Shown: positions 38,426 through 51,740, counted from the first letter of the stretch. The stretch is 64,000 nucleotides of DNA from Hydrolagus affinis (GCA_012026655.1 JAAILG010001574.1:1-64000), one strand, 5' to 3'. Translations and numbers: made by a program. Notes: generated by a model not told the origin, from the sequence alone.

Positions 38426-38977
38426 GTGAGTTTTATTGGCTCCACAGTTACAACCACAGCTGTACAAAGATTTATATACATCATGGAAACAGGCCATTTG
38501 GCCCAACCAGTCCATATCACGTCAGCGATTAAATGTCTATCCCTTCTTTCCCCCATGTGTACTTCTGTAATCTTTACTGAAACCGCAGTCAAAATATTTT
38601 ATTCTATTGAACTGTTGCCTGTTGTGATGAACATAGCGCGTGGTGTGAAAGCAATTGATCTGTGTTAGCTCCCTACAATCGAGAGTTTAGCATTAATAGA
38701 AGCCTTGCTGGAGGGTATCTGCGGGTTACAGCGCCTTACCAATCAGAATGTTGATTTATTTGCTGGATGACTCTATCGCACACATTTTCTGATTCCTTTG
38801 TTTAAGCAGCAGCAGTGTGCGGGATGTCATTTCAAAAAAAGTAACCCTATTCCAATATAACCGGGCTGCCAAATGACACTGATGTAATCATGGGCATTAG
38901 CAAATCTAGTTAGGAGTAATGTGTGATTCACGTATTGGCCTGAACTCAACAGCTGACAGATGTTTCCTTCTTCACAG

Positions 38978-39047
38978 CCTTGCTGTCCATCCTGACAGGA
39001 TCACTATAGCAACGGGCCAGGTTGCAGGGATAACCAAGGATGGAAAC
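38978..39047 (+). CDS. EML1: EML1 exon 8, 70 nt
   Basis: tcacag|C CTT GCT GTC CAT CCT GAC AGG...GGA AAC|gtgtgt; LAVHPDRITIATGQVAGITKDGN. Confidence 0.92.
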
Positions 39048-39400
39048 GTGTGTGGTATTTTTCATTGAGCAGAGTAGTATGTAACGTCAAGTACACAGAC
39101 ACTGACTGCGTCTCGTCAATTTGGGATGGAGAGACAGATGTGGGAGGGGAGGGGTTGCTGAATTTCAACAGTGTCTGAACATTGATATAATTCTGTTAAA
39201 CTTTTCGAGCCAGCCTTTTAAATTAGTCCATTCAATTGCAACGTTGGGGCAATAAAAGAAACCATATGGGAACACCTTTTAATCTTTTCACTGCAGATTA
39301 TTGTTGAGCTGTTTTGCGCGTTTTTTTTTGCTTGAGAAAGCCTGTCTGTAACGTTGACCAGAGTGAAATGAATGATCCTTTCTGCTTCACTTGCAAACAG

Positions 39401-39511
39401 CAAGCAGCTCCTCACATTCGAATTTGGGATTCTGTAAGCTTGAATACCATGCACATCATTGGAACTGGGTTCTTCGATCGGGCTGTCTGCTGCCTTGCCT
39501 TCTCGAAATTT
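39401..39511 (+). CDS. EML1: EML1 exon 9, 111 nt
   Basis: QAAPHIRIWDSVSLNTMHIIGTGFFDRAVCCLAFSKF; aaacag acceptor, gtaagt donor. Confidence 0.93.
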
Positions 39512-39541
39512 GTAAGTGTGAGAGCTCTCTTCCTGAATATG

Positions 39542-39844
39542 ATAATAATAATAATTGTAATTGCATTTGATGTAGTACTTTTCACGTCTTCTAGATGTCT
39601 CAAAGTGCTTCACGGAATATACTGTAGAGTGAATTGACTACATACACGTGAGCGAAACGTGGCAGCCAATTGCGCACAGCAGTGTCCACAAACGGTCGTG
39701 GATTGAAATGACCAATTTATTATTGTTTTTGTTTTTGGAGGTATTATTATCAGTCGTGTGGAGCAAGGTTTCGCCCTGCCGGGAACCAAACCCAACTCTT
39801 TTGCTTATAAGACGAGTGCTGTAACCGCTGAGTTACAGGACTCC
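39542..39844 (-). mobile_element. Same SINE family
   Basis: Reverse-complement copy filling most of the intron between exons 9 and 10. Confidence 0.85.
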
Positions 39845-39942
39845 ATGAGAATGTCCATATATAACCCCCTTTAAGTCAAGCTCTTGTGATGGTCCCATTG
39901 CACACTGTGTAACCTGCGCATCAATTGTATCTCTTTTCTCAG

Positions 39943-40038
39943 AATGGAGGCTCTTTCTTGTGTGCAGTGGATGACTCCAATGATCATGTCCTCTCCGTGT
40001 GGGACTGGCAGAAAGCAGAAAAAATGTCTGATATCAAG
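39943..40038 (+). CDS. EML1: EML1 exon 10, 96 nt
   Basis: NGGSFLCAVDDSNDHVLSVWDWQKAEKMSDIK; tctcag acceptor, gtactt donor. Confidence 0.93.
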
Positions 40039-40452
40039 GTACTTTCTGTTCTGTGCCAAAGTCAAAATGTTCTTATGACCACATGATTGGATTATTGCGG
40101 AGATTATATTTCCATGGCTTTTTAGGATGTGGTGTAATGGCCTTGACATTAGCTAATCAGGTAGATTATCTCTATTGCAGCTGTCACCTCTGTAATCCTT
40201 TGTGTTTGATCTTGTTTCACTTTTTGTCCTGTTTCTGGGGATGGGGGAGAAAATGAACTAACAATGTTATTTTTTGGAGGTGGCTGGAATTCCTCTTGTT
40301 TCTCGAAAGAGAATTTAAAATATGTATTAAATATACAGTGAGTCAAAGGCAAGGGAGTGGGCAAATATTCCTGTGAAGCTATCTGTGTTTTGTCATCTTG
40401 ATGGTCTCTTAAAAAGCATCCAATGAACATACAACCATTTTGCATTCCCCAG

Positions 40453-40587
40453 TGTTCCAACGAGCCAGTATTTGGGGCAGATTTCCATCCAACCGAGACC
40501 AACATCATTGTCACCTGTGGCAAATCACACATTTACTTCTGGACACTTGAAGGAGGTTCCTTCTCAAAGAAGCAAGGATTATTTGAG
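40453..40587 (+). CDS. EML1: EML1 exon 11, 135 nt
   Basis: CSNEPVFGADFHPTETNIIVTCGKSHIYFWTLEGGSFSKKQGLFE; ccccag / gtaagt. Confidence 0.95.
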
Positions 40588-40978
40588 GTAAGTTTGCGTG
40601 GCATAAAAAAGCAATTGATTGGGTTCAAGTATAAACGGGACAGTGAAGATCTTGTAACTTGCTACGAAACAAAAGTTCTAAGTGTCATCTTAACAAGTCT
40701 GAAGGGAGTTTCTCCCAACAATTGGCCCACATAAAATTGGTCATTTACCTTTGTGAATGTTTGTGTTATATTGCTGTGCAAATTGGCAGCCGTGTTCGCC
40801 TACAAAATATAAAATGGGCTTTCCACTTCAGGTTGTTTTACCATTGGAAGCAATATCGCTTGACTTAAGATGTTGTATATGAGGCATTAGCGATGTGAAA
40901 ATGCTTTTCTGCATCAATATTGAATCCAGAATCCACGGCTGAACTTTAAAAGGCAAATGTTTTCTAAATGTCTCGCAG

Positions 40979-41078
40979 AAACACGAGAAACCAAAGTTTG
41001 TGCTGTGCGTGACCTTTGCTGAGAACGGCGACGCGATAACTGGTGATTCAAGTGGAAACATTTTGGTTTGGGGAAAAG
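40979..41078 (+). CDS. EML1: EML1 exon 12, 100 nt
   Basis: KHEKPKFVLCVTFAENGDAITGDSSGNILVWGK; tcgcag / gtagga. Confidence 0.95.
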
Positions 41079-41475
41079 GTAGGATCAAGCCAAGTTTTTT
41101 TTTATTGAATGACATTTTGATGCAGGAACAGGCGGTCAAAAGGTGGATAGATTTATTTTAGGAAATAATATTGTGGGATACGCTATATAGTTTAGGTCAT
41201 GAAGTATGCAGACAACTGCCAGGCTGGCGTAATGCAAACTAGATGGACCTTGGTCTTTTTTCGTCTAGTAATTCTTATGTTCTGATGGGTATTCTAGAAT
41301 ATTGTGAGCTGCATTCGATATGTAACATATGTTCCCAAGTGACCAAATGACTTGCAAATAAGTGTTCAAATTCAATTTGGAAAAGTGGATAGTTTTACTT
41401 ATGTTCTCTTTGGAAAAGTAACTTTGTGCGTCTGAATATAGCTTTTTACAATGATGGCGATGATTTGTTTTCCAG

Positions 41476-41630
41476 GTACCAACCGGATTAGCTATGCTAT
41501 ACAGGGAGCTCACGAAGGGGGTATTTTTGCACTTTGCATGTTGAGGGATGGGACATTGGTATCTGGTGGAGGGAAAGACCGTAAACTCATCTCCTGGGAC
41601 CGGAATTTCCAGAAGATGCAAGAAACCGAG
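41476..41630 (+). CDS. EML1: EML1 exon 13, 155 nt
   Basis: GTNRISYAIQGAHEGGIFALCMLRDGTLVSGGGKDRKLISWDRNFQKMQETE; ttccag / gtgaga. Confidence 0.95.
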
Positions 41631-42292
41631 GTGAGATTTCCAACCCAAACATCCATTCGGTCACCTAAATTGCTCTTTTCTTCTCAACACCAGCTTCCTA
41701 ATGATATCAACAAGGAAACTAAGAGAACATTGAGTCAGGAAAGACCATTTGGCTCATCAAGCCCACTTCCTCCATAATCCATCAAAGAAAAACACACTGT
41801 ATCACAGGCCACACTTCTCTCCCAGGGGAAAGGTTTCCATAGAACCCAAAGACAGTGAAGACAAGACTCCAGAATAGTCATTCATCACATATTTCCACTC
41901 TTTGAGCCGACAGACACCCCTATCTGTCCCCCCACCTCCTCCAGCCCCACTCAGGGCCCTGACAACACAGAAATCATTGTGTTCCTTGTGGTACTTGTTC
42001 ACCTCAGTCTGCACTTATCCCTATAATATTCCCAAACAGATAGATACTCATTCACTCTCTTTCATGAAAGAGTTAAGTGACCCAACATTAACCACTTTTG
42101 TTGGGAGAGTAGTGTTTCTCTTTACTGTATAGCCTTGTTGACCAGTTAAAAGTTTAAGGAAGTGTAATGGTATCCATTTTCAGCTTGTTGGAACTATTGT
42201 TGATAAGCATAAAACAAGTCCGTGTTGCAAGTTTACTGCTGTGAATGAAAGCACAGTGTGGGTATACATTTCAATACTTTTACTGTCAGTTT

Positions 42293-42597
42293 GAAGCCCT
42301 GTGGCTCAGTGGTTAGAGCACTCGCCTCGCAAGTGAGAGAGCTGGGTCCGATTCCTGGAAGAGCAAAACCTTGAGCAAGTTTCCTTCCTCCACACGACTG
42401 ATAATAATCCCTCAAGAAAAAAACCAATAATAAATTGGTCACAACTGTTTGTGGGGTACTGCTGTGCGCAATTGGCTACCATGTTTTGCCCACAAATATA
42501 TAGACAATTCACTTCACAGTATATTTTGTGAAGTGCTTTGGGACACCTAGAAAACATGAAAAGTGCAATATCGAATGCAAGGATTATTATTATCATC
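42293..42597 (+). mobile_element. Same SINE family
   Basis: ctgtggctcagtggttagagcactcgcc...gcaaggattattattatc. Confidence 0.85.
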
Positions 42598-43246
42598 ACT
42601 CTTAAAACATTTAGACATCGTCAGTCTTGAGGACTAAGATGTTCGCTTTCTTGTGAACACGCAATGGCCACCACATTTGCTAGAATAATGTTGAAGTAAA
42701 TCCTTGCATCCTATTTAGGATCTTAGTGAAACGCTGCCTTTTTTTCAATTAAAAGAAAGCCACTCCGCTTTGCCCTGTCTCTTTTAAATTACCTTCACAA
42801 AATCACTCCCACAACAAACACACTTCAAATTTACTCCCAGACTTGCAGTACCTCACTAATTAGCAAAGCTAACAATCATCTTGGATGGGAGGAGAGATTT
42901 AATAGTATTCTGTCAGATATGGCTGAAAAGAAGCAAATACAAAATCTAAGGTGATCTCCAGAGTAAACTTGAGTGCTAAAGTCATTAAGCCCCTTAATGC
43001 TGCTTGTTATATTACATCTGAAATGTTTACATTACAACCATAAATCTGACTCTGATCTTAAACACTCAAACATTCATGTCTATTAATATACACCTGGGTC
43101 TAGATTTACACTAATTTATGTAGCGTTTTAGAGCATACAGAATTTGGCAAATTCTCAATTCTTGAGATCTACAGAAAATCTGGGCTTATTACTGAAATCA
43201 ACAATTTCCCAAATTCTAGATGGTCTGAAAAGCTACACATGTAAAG

Positions 43247-43650
43247 CAACAATAACAGCTTGCATTTATATAGCGCCCTCCACGCCAGGCGGTGTCTCAG
43301 AGCACAGTGGAGAAGGCTGAGGCCGAGCCAGGGGGAGGAGAATGGTGACCGCAAACGTGGTCAAAGGCAAAGGTCTTCAGACGCTACCTGAAGATGGGAA
43401 AGGAGGGGGCAAGACCAAGGGGTTGAGGGAGGGAATTCCAAAGTTTCGGGGCGTAGTGGCTGAAAGCACATCCACCAATGGTGGATTCGGGGGATAAGGA
43501 GGAGGATAAGGAGGAGGCCACATCCTGTAGGGTGGAGGGAGCGCTTACTGCTGTGAGAAGAGAGGAAGTTAGAGAAGTGGGGGGGTGGGGGGGGGTGGAT
43601 GCAGAGGAGTGGAGCGACCTAAAAACAAGAGTGAGGATCTTGAAGTCGAA
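43247..43650 (-). mobile_element. L2 3' fragment
   Basis: ttgcatttatatagcgccctcc...ggggcgtagtggctgaaagcac...gtgaggatcttgaagtcga; homologous to 26349-26745. Confidence 0.8.
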
Positions 43651-45339
43651 AATTTATACCTTGGTGGAATTTCTTCCCAGTAATATTTTTTTAATGTTAA
43701 GCTGTCAGTAACATTAGACTGGATAAACTTTACCCAAGTACCTCTCATAAATGGGCCCTCTATACTGTACTACAGCTGTGCAAAACAACAGGCCTTTCAA
43801 GGGAAAGTAGTCTGGTGAGGTCCAAGAGTTAAAACAAAATTACACCAGGAACAAAAAAATGTTAAATGTTGTCTTTTTGGAGTGCAGTGTCTCTGGCAGT
43901 CCAGATACCTTTATTTACATTGTTACTCATTAATAATTGTCATTCTGATCAATAAAGTGAGATTTTTCTAATAAATAATAATAATCCTGCATTTGATATA
44001 GTGCCTTATCACGTCTTTGAGACATCTCAAAGCGCTTCACAGAATATACTGTCTAAAAATCTCATCTATATTTTCTTAACTTATTTATAATTCTTTAAAT
44101 GTTTCTGTCGCTTAAATAGTGGGTCTTAAAAATTCTAAATGGAATTTCTAAGGAGTCTGGTTAAGAAATACTCCCAAATTAGACCCCTCTACTTTGAGGA
44201 ACTGTGATTATTCCTGCTTTAATGAAGGAAATTATTGACATTGATTTATTGATGCTGTTCAATTGAAACTAAGCCTCTGCTATCTGTAAAGTTCCATGAT
44301 TTTTTATTGATAGTAAATGTGTGCAAATTGTTTTAGGATTACTATTCAAATCCTTATTTCCAAGATCACGATGCTGGTTGAAAGAAAACCCCTGAGGTGT
44401 TTAGTCACACTTGGAATATCAAATTACAGCAACAACAAAAACAACTTGCATTTATATAGCGGACTCCACGAGGAGCATCTCGAAGTGCTTAACAGTAGCC
44501 GAGTTTAGCGTTTAGTTGAATAAATATATTTTTTTTAATCTGTAAATATTTTTTGAGGGATCTGTTTGTCGGTATAGGTGCAGTCATTTAAAGATTAAAC
44601 TGGTTTCATGTGCACTATTGAGACAAAAAACAACGCTAGACAAAAAAAGGTTGATTTTTTTTGAGCAGTGCAGAGAGAGTGAGGTTTATTCTGGATTTGA
44701 TAAGGTACTTACTGTACCTGACCTGGGGTATTTAATCGCTGAAAGCAGCCATGCTCCCTAGCACATGACAATCTAACCTTAGCGTAGGCAAAAATGATTG
44801 TCGTTAACAAAAACATGTCATGAACATTTCAAACAGTGTCCTTGGTCATGGCTCCAGATTGAAGGCAAAAGCTTGTATGGTGACGATAATGGAACTGACA
44901 TCGCAGGAAACGGGTATTTGCCTATAATCTCACAGTAAGCAATTAATCCTGACATTTGTACTGTCTGCTGCTGCTGCTTGGGTTTTACCGTTTAGAGAAA
45001 CAGGGTAATGCTTGATGACGAAGGTACACTATCCTCATAACATGAACAGCACAGCCTGTTGCAGAGTTGCATATTAAATCTCCGAAAATCAGTCGGCCTG
45101 CGGATCCGGACTGCATAAGCTACATAAATATTGGCTGGCAGCCTAGAGGCTAGACAGTAACCAAAAGTTGTCATGTTGCCAACCATTTAGTTCAATTGCA
45201 CAAAAGTGCATGCACTGTACAAAGTGGGGTTTCATAATGTTGCCTCAGTAACACAAACCTCGGAATACTCGAGGCAAATAAACTTTACTGCTAAATAAAG
45301 TGTATTCAGAAGCCCAGAAGTGACACTCTGTCATAAAGG

Positions 45340-45530
45340 TAGTGCAGAGGACAACATCGAGAATGATCCCCCAGGATTAAAGGATTAATGAGCAACCATT
45401 AGAGAAACTTGGCTTCTTCAGTTTGGAAAAGAGACATCTTTTCTAAATTGAAATGCCCCAATTTCGGGACCTTATGAAGGTATTCAAGATTTTAAATGGG
45501 ATTCAGAAGGTAAACTTGTGTGGAGGCAGC
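45340..45530 (+). mobile_element. Decayed CR1-type LINE fragment
   Basis: gtgcagagga...agagaaacttggcttcttcagtttggaaaagagac...gaccttatgaaggtattcaagattttaaatggg resembles the CR1 ORF2 C-terminus (LGxFSLEKR, DLxEVFKIL-like). Confidence 0.6.
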
Positions 45531-45895
45531 AGAACATGAGGTCCTGGGGTTTAGGGTTACAGAGGTCCATTTCAGGACAGACGCCAGCAACTAAATCTCC
45601 AACCGGAGACTAAATAACAACTGGAATGGTTCAACAGGAAAGTTGGTTGAAGCCAAGGCATGGACTATTTTGAAACAAAACAGCTTGCTACTATAATAGC
45701 AGGAGTGAAGGGGTAGGTGTTCTGGGAAGATGAGACCAAATGAGCCGAGCAGTTTCTTCATTCAAACCTCTCTTGCGATCCATTCTTGACCCATTTGTTT
45801 ATCGATTGCGATGTTGGGTAGATTCGAGGGGACCATATTGTGAAGTTCTCATAATGGAGATTATCCGCGGTTCCTTTGTTTGTCTTTAAACGCAG

Positions 45896-46021
45896 GTTCC
45901 TGAACAGTTTGGCCCAGTGAGGACAGTCACTGAAGGGAGGGGAGAAGTCTTGCTCATTGGCACAACAAGGAATTTCATCCTACAAAGCACTTTATCTGGG
46001 GACTTTCACCCAATCACCCAG
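45896..46021 (+). CDS. EML1: EML1 exon 14, 126 nt
   Basis: VPEQFGPVRTVTEGRGEVLLIGTTRNFILQSTLSGDFHPITQ; acgcag / gtaaaa. Confidence 0.94.
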
Positions 46022-46310
46022 GTAAAAGCAGCCGATCTGACAGCAACTCACTCTGTATCGCTTTCATTTCAACAACAACAACAATTTTGATTTATATAGT
46101 GCCCTCCACGCCGGATGGCATCTCAGAGCACTTCAGAGCGCTTCATTTCCTTTCTTAGTTACCTGGAAAACCTTTCCACCAATGAATATCACAGACACTA
46201 ATAGTACGCGGATTGTGCTCAATCAATCTGCCTGATTAATCCTCGTTTTAAATCGCTCTCTCAGCAGACAGCTTGAGTTTTACACCGTCTGTTCTGTGAA
46301 GACTTAAAAC

Positions 46311-46346
<36 letters not shown>

Positions 46347-47009
46347 GTCTGTGAATGTTCTTGACTGACTTGCGAAGAAGCTATGAAAGATAACCGGCTA
46401 CCTTGTTAAGCAGCCGTGTGAATTTTAATTGCTCCCTTTGTACATTCCATTCACCGCACTTTGAGAGATGGCTTTTGTTTTGTTGTTTTATCACCATCCA
46501 CACAAAAGTAGTCAATAAGTCTCAGCATTAACCAACAATGAACGGCGCCCAAGCAACCTTGTCAGCTGGATAATCTGTTCCTCTTTGTGTGGGCTGTCCT
46601 TAAGCAAGTGATTTACCCTTTCTCTCCCAACAAATCTCCTTTCGGAACCAGTGGTGCAGGCTGTTAAGTAAAACTAAAGAAGAACTGAACCATTAGTCGC
46701 TGCCAATGAAATATTCCACTCAAAGAAGCCTGGGCGTAGTCACGATTGTCCCACACTGCGGCGTGCTACTTTGGAATCCGCTTTTGACTTGCACTGGAGC
46801 AAAAATAATGACTGCGGACAACTGTACGCCGTACTGGAAACTTAGAAAGGGTCACATAGTGATTCAAGTTTTTTTTTACTTGAAACTTCCCATCTTCTAC
46901 AAAACCCGTTTGCATCTTTTGATTGCAAAATGTGCATCGCTTGATTTGCGCCTTTACTAATTCAATTTGATTTGTTGTTGAGCAAGGAACAACATGAAAT
47001 GTTTTACAG

Positions 47010-47141
47010 GGTCACACCGATGAACTGTGGGGTTTAGCAACTCATCCAAACAAGGAACAATTTCTAACATGTGGGCACGACAAGCATATTACTCTCTGGG
47101 ACGCCCTCGCTCATCAACCCATCTGGAGTAAAATCATAGAG
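47010..47141 (+). CDS. EML1: EML1 exon 15, 132 nt
   Basis: GHTDELWGLATHPNKEQFLTCGHDKHITLWDALAHQPIWSKIIE; ttacag / gtaaca. Confidence 0.95.
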
Positions 47142-47807
47142 GTAACAAATTATCTTATTTTCTAGGTGGTCTGTTACAGCACAGAAACAGGCCATTCCAC
47201 TCAGCTAGTCCATCCTCACAAGCCCGGGTCCCTCCTGTTCCCCTCACCTATACTCCACAATTTCCTTCTCCCGTATCGATACATCCAAGTTTTCTCTTAA
47301 ACACGTTTGTCCTCCTTGCTTCAGCCAGAGCTTCCAGTAGTGAATTTTAATGAAATTGCTTAAATAATGAGGCCTCGCGCGTAAGCAGTTTATTTACAAT
47401 GTAAGCTGAGAATAATCTTTTTTTTGAGGGACTTAGCGAGGATCAAAGTTGCCCAGTATAAATGTTTGCGAGATTAACATTTTTTTGGGTAGTCATTTCT
47501 GATAATGGGAATACGGTTAAATGGGAATTCCTATTCACTTGGACCCAAGTAATTTGTGTCAGTGGAGCCAATAAAGCTGGCCTCTGTACCGCAGTGTCAA
47601 GATTTGCTGGTAGCGGAGTTTAATTATGGAAACACTATAATTTTTTAAGTAAATGTTTGCTTGACAGGAAACATTCCACCTATATAATTACCATATTGCA
47701 ATTGAGATTTACAACCTTTCAGCATGGTGCAGGGCAATTAGTTCATTACCAGCATTGGTATTGTTGTGAATATCATTTTCTGTTCCCCCCCCCCTCTTGT
47801 ACTACAG

Positions 47808-47875
47808 GACCCGGCTCAGTCTGCTGGTTTTCATCCATCAGGGTCCGTGGTTGCTATAGGAACGCAAACTGGAAG
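47808..47875 (+). CDS. EML1: EML1 exon 16, 68 nt
   Basis: DPAQSAGFHPSGSVVAIGTQTG(R); ctacag / gtaagt. Confidence 0.94.
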
Positions 47876-48849
47876 GTAAGTATGATAAAGTTGCTTTTCT
47901 GTGGGTTCGTTTATCAGTCGAGGCATGTCCCGTTTTCCTTTATTGCCGTTGCTATGTTATTATATTCTAAGAGCAAATTCTGGCTCACAGCAAAAAAAGA
48001 AGGGAGAAAATTCCTTGCATAGGAACTTAATGTGCAGCCCAGGGGGGGGTGGGGAAATGTATTTTTTATGATCGCGGATACGTTTGGGAGCAATCCCTGG
48101 TAATGGGAATATAGTTAATTGGGAATTTCCTTTGATTTGGAAGCAACTCATTTCTAATCGCTTTAAATCCGTCCCTCGCTCGCAACCACGGTTATTAATT
48201 TATCACTGAACACATCGGGGAACACAGGCGAGCTCAGTCAGGGGAGGTTTGAAAAGCCTGCGTTTCATTCCCTGAGTTAGTTGTGTAACCATAGTGAAAC
48301 CTTCTGGTGATCGGAGGGATTGCAGGCATCGCAGTGAGTTCACGGCAAGTTCAGGCTGTGGGTTTGCCTGTGACGGCGTTTCGTCCACAAAATACACAGT
48401 CAATTCGCTTCACAGTATACTCTGCTTTGAGACGTCCTAACGACGTGATAAGGCGCTGTATCAAATGCAAGGATTATTATCATTATTATTATTATCAGAT
48501 TAAAAAACCCAGCCTCGCTTGTTTTCGCTCGCTTGCTGTTTCAGTGGCTGCCTTTGGAGCTGTCTGATGGTGTTCCAGAGAAATGCAGTGACGCCATTGC
48601 ATTGCCCACTGACCAACGCTGCCCTAATTTAGACGTGACAGCTTAGTCGATGTAGCGCTTGCCGTGGCTGTGGTTTAAACGTCGCCTGCAGCCAAACGAT
48701 GATTGCCAGCACCGAAACAACTATATGACAATGTGGAGTTGTAGGTTTAGGGCAGCAGCTGGTGCTGTATATGGGGAAGGGCAGGCAAACACTTAGCGAA
48801 CGCCTTCAAGGTCAGTGGTGACACAGTCTTAATTTCTTTTTGTTAACAG

Positions 48850-48938
48850 ATGGCTTGTTCTGGAGACAGAAACCAAGGATCTGGTGACCGTTCACACAGA
48901 TGGTAACGAGCAGCTCTCAGTCATGCGCTATTCACCAG
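48850..48938 (+). CDS. EML1: EML1 exon 17, 89 nt
   Basis: WLVLETETKDLVTVHTDGNEQLSVMRYSP; taacag / gtatct. Confidence 0.94.
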
Positions 48939-49581
48939 GTATCTATCTCTCTCTTACGACCACCTTTAAAAGATATTTCAACACCTTTAGTGGGGAGTGG
49001 GCGGGGGGGCTATAGTACACTTCGTCTTTCAACACTAATCATGGGGTGAAAATTCCACCTGGTTCTGTAACATTTTAAGGCATATAGAATTTGGCAAATT
49101 GGTGAATAAAGCTAGAGTTTTGAAGCTAGTCTCCTGTAAGTTCTTTGCTGAAAATAACAAACTTAATAAACTGACAATACTGCCAAACCGTGAGTGTTAT
49201 AAAAGGGGTAGTGGTGGGATTGACGCTCACTTCAACAGTAAATGCAATTACGTGATAGCCTCAGTGCCTCTTTGTTATTTCATTGCAAACCTCTACTATC
49301 AGCAATTGATTCTCTCCGTCTTGGCTTTGGAATCGAGATTCCAGTAACATTCAGAAGCGAGGATATTATGAATAATTTACACACTTCCTTCCATTTTCTA
49401 CAAATGTGCGTGTAGCCCATTCTGTTAACTTACAGTTATTTACATTTGTATTTTAATAATGAAAAAAACTTGCATTATTATTGTGTCAGCAAAGTGTGTA
49501 CATCTCTCCGTACTTGTCCAATGTCCTTTTAACTTTGTTTATCCCACATCATGCCTCCTCCCTGTGGTTTTTCTTTGGCAG

Positions 49582-49679
49582 AGGGAAACTATCTAGCTAT
49601 TGGCTCTCACGACAACTACATTTACATCTATACAGTCAATGAGAATGGCAGAAAGTACAGCCGTGTTGGTAAATGCTCA
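49582..49679 (+). CDS. EML1: EML1 exon 18, 98 nt
   Basis: EGNYLAIGSHDNYIYIYTVNENGRKYSRVGKCS; tggcag / gtaagt. Confidence 0.95.
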
Positions 49680-50020
49680 GTAAGTCACATTTCATCCTAA
49701 TTCTGTCCTGGGCCTGTATTGTAGCTAAGCTTGTTACAGTATTTCCAAATTCTCTACAGCCAGAAACTTGATGAATTCAACACGAAAGTGAATGACCATT
49801 TCGGTTCATTTTCAGTTTAGTGGTTTTCCTTCCTACAGCACTTAATAACTGATTGACTGATCAAGTCTTTCCTCCTGTAAAATGAGGCCTCACCTTGTTT
49901 ATTGGAGCAGTAATGCAGCCTCAATTTGTATGGAGTTTGGCAAGAGTTAAATACTTTTCTACATGTGTCATCGCAGCTGATTTGCTAAATCCCACTAAAT
50001 AAATCTAACTCCACTTGCAG

Positions 50021-50108
50021 GGTCACTCCAGTTTTATCACACATCTCGACTGGTCGATCGACTCACAATATTTAATATCCAATTCTGGGGACTACGAAAT
50101 CCTTTATT
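50021..50108 (+). CDS. EML1: EML1 exon 19, 88 nt
   Basis: GHSSFITHLDWSIDSQYLISNSGDYEILY; ttgcag / gtgagt. Confidence 0.95.
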
Positions 50109-50351
50109 GTGAGTATTAGATAACATAATAATAATACTTTTCATATGGCAACTTATCACGTCTTCGAGGCATCTCAAACCGTCTCACAGAATATATTGTA
50201 AAGTGCATACATGTGTTGTATTTGCCGTGAAGGTTTGGGGATGGGTGGAACTTTGTTTGCCTCAAACTTCATCTGTACCATCACTGTGAACCACTTTGTC
50301 AGACAAAGCCAGTTTGTCTGATGCCTATTTTGCTTTGCTCATGTGACATAG

Positions 50352-50447
50352 GGATGCCTTCAGTCTGCAAGCAAGTGGTTAGTGTTGAAAACGTAAGGGA
50401 TGTGGATTGGGTCACCTATACCTGCACACTAGGATTCAATGTATTTG
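50352..50447 (+). CDS. EML1: EML1 exon 20, 96 nt
   Basis: WMPSVCKQVVSVENVRDVDWVTYTCTLGFNVF; acatag / gtgagt. Confidence 0.94.
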
Positions 50448-51042
50448 GTGAGTACCCTGTACCATTTACACTGACATATTCCTGTGGTGTTCACCAGTGA
50501 CACTATCGTGTACCATGTAGGAATATTTTCATTAAAAGCGCTTTAAACCTGGGAGGGCAGTTACACAAAACACTATGCATAAGAGTCCTCTGTCAGTGGC
50601 ACCAATGAGCATTTAGTTTTCCTGGTTCCAGCTCCAGGTGTTGACAACAAAAACAACTTGCATTTCTATAGCCCTTCATGCAGGGTATTATCCCGAAATA
50701 AAGACTTAAACCCACAGAGCAGCCCTGTGAAAACATGGTAAACTGGGTCCAATATTTCAGTGGCCACATTGTGAATGACAGTGTGTAAAAAATGGCCAAC
50801 GTTTGGGTCATACTAGGCTTTACAAAACCCCCATTAAACATCACTTACCGTGAACCGTGTGCACCTTTGCAAAGTAACTTCATTGGTGCTTCCTGTGTGT
50901 ACAGTGAGTCTGGATCATTTTAAGGATAGCCCTTTTCATTCCTAGCACTCTACCGTTTCTATTTGACATCTGTCTTCATGATTGAATTCTCCGCAGGAGC
51001 CTCCACTTTGAATAACCTTCAGCCGTAACTCTTGTTTTGCAG

Positions 51043-51173
51043 GCGTTTGGCCCGAGGGCTCAGATGGAACCGACATCAACGCTCTGTGCAGATCCTCTGA
51101 CAAAAAGATAGTGACTACGGGAGATGATTTTGGCAAAGTTCATCTGTTTTCATTTCCATGCACACAGGCCAGG
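51043..51173 (+). CDS. EML1: EML1 exon 21, 131 nt
   Basis: GVWPEGSDGTDINALCRSSDKKIVTTGDDFGKVHLFSFPCTQAR; ttgcag / gtacag. Confidence 0.95.
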
Positions 51174-51740
51174 GTACAGCAATGTGTTTCTGACACAGCT
51201 ACTGTAATGCAGTGTGATGAAATGGGGGAGGTGGGGGGGAAGTGTGAAACCAATGAGATGCGACCTTGAATTCACAGAAATCGATTATAGAGATCGATTT
51301 AATAATAATAATAATAATCCTTACCTTTCATGACCACGGCACCTTTCATGGCAGGAGTACATCTCAAAGTGCTTCACCTGAAGTGTACGTCACTTTGCAA
51401 TTTGTTGGCAGCTGACTTGCATGTAATGATGTCCCACAAACAGTTATGAAGTGAATCACTAGTTTTATTTGGCCGATTATTGGTCAGGACACCTGGGGGG
51501 GAACTCCCTTCTTTTCAGATAATTCCATGGGATCTATAGAATGTTTCTCTTCCCCCACGCCCCCCACCCCACCCCCCCATACTGCAGATTTTTTTTAACC
51601 AGTAGTTTTGACATCTTATGATTTACCTTGTGGCTGCTTTCGCTATTTTAATCCTAAAAATACTAGCACTTACAGTAATTTCAGGAAACCCTTTGATTTA
51701 CATGTGACCGAAACAGAGTCTCTCTGATTGTTTCTCCCAG

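Noticed and set aside
48939-49581. Second U12 intron (donor GTATCT, upstream TCCTTTTAAC)
   Set aside because: Donor deviates from GTATCCTT, the branch-like motif is ~50 nt from the acceptor, and a normal pyrimidine tract is present
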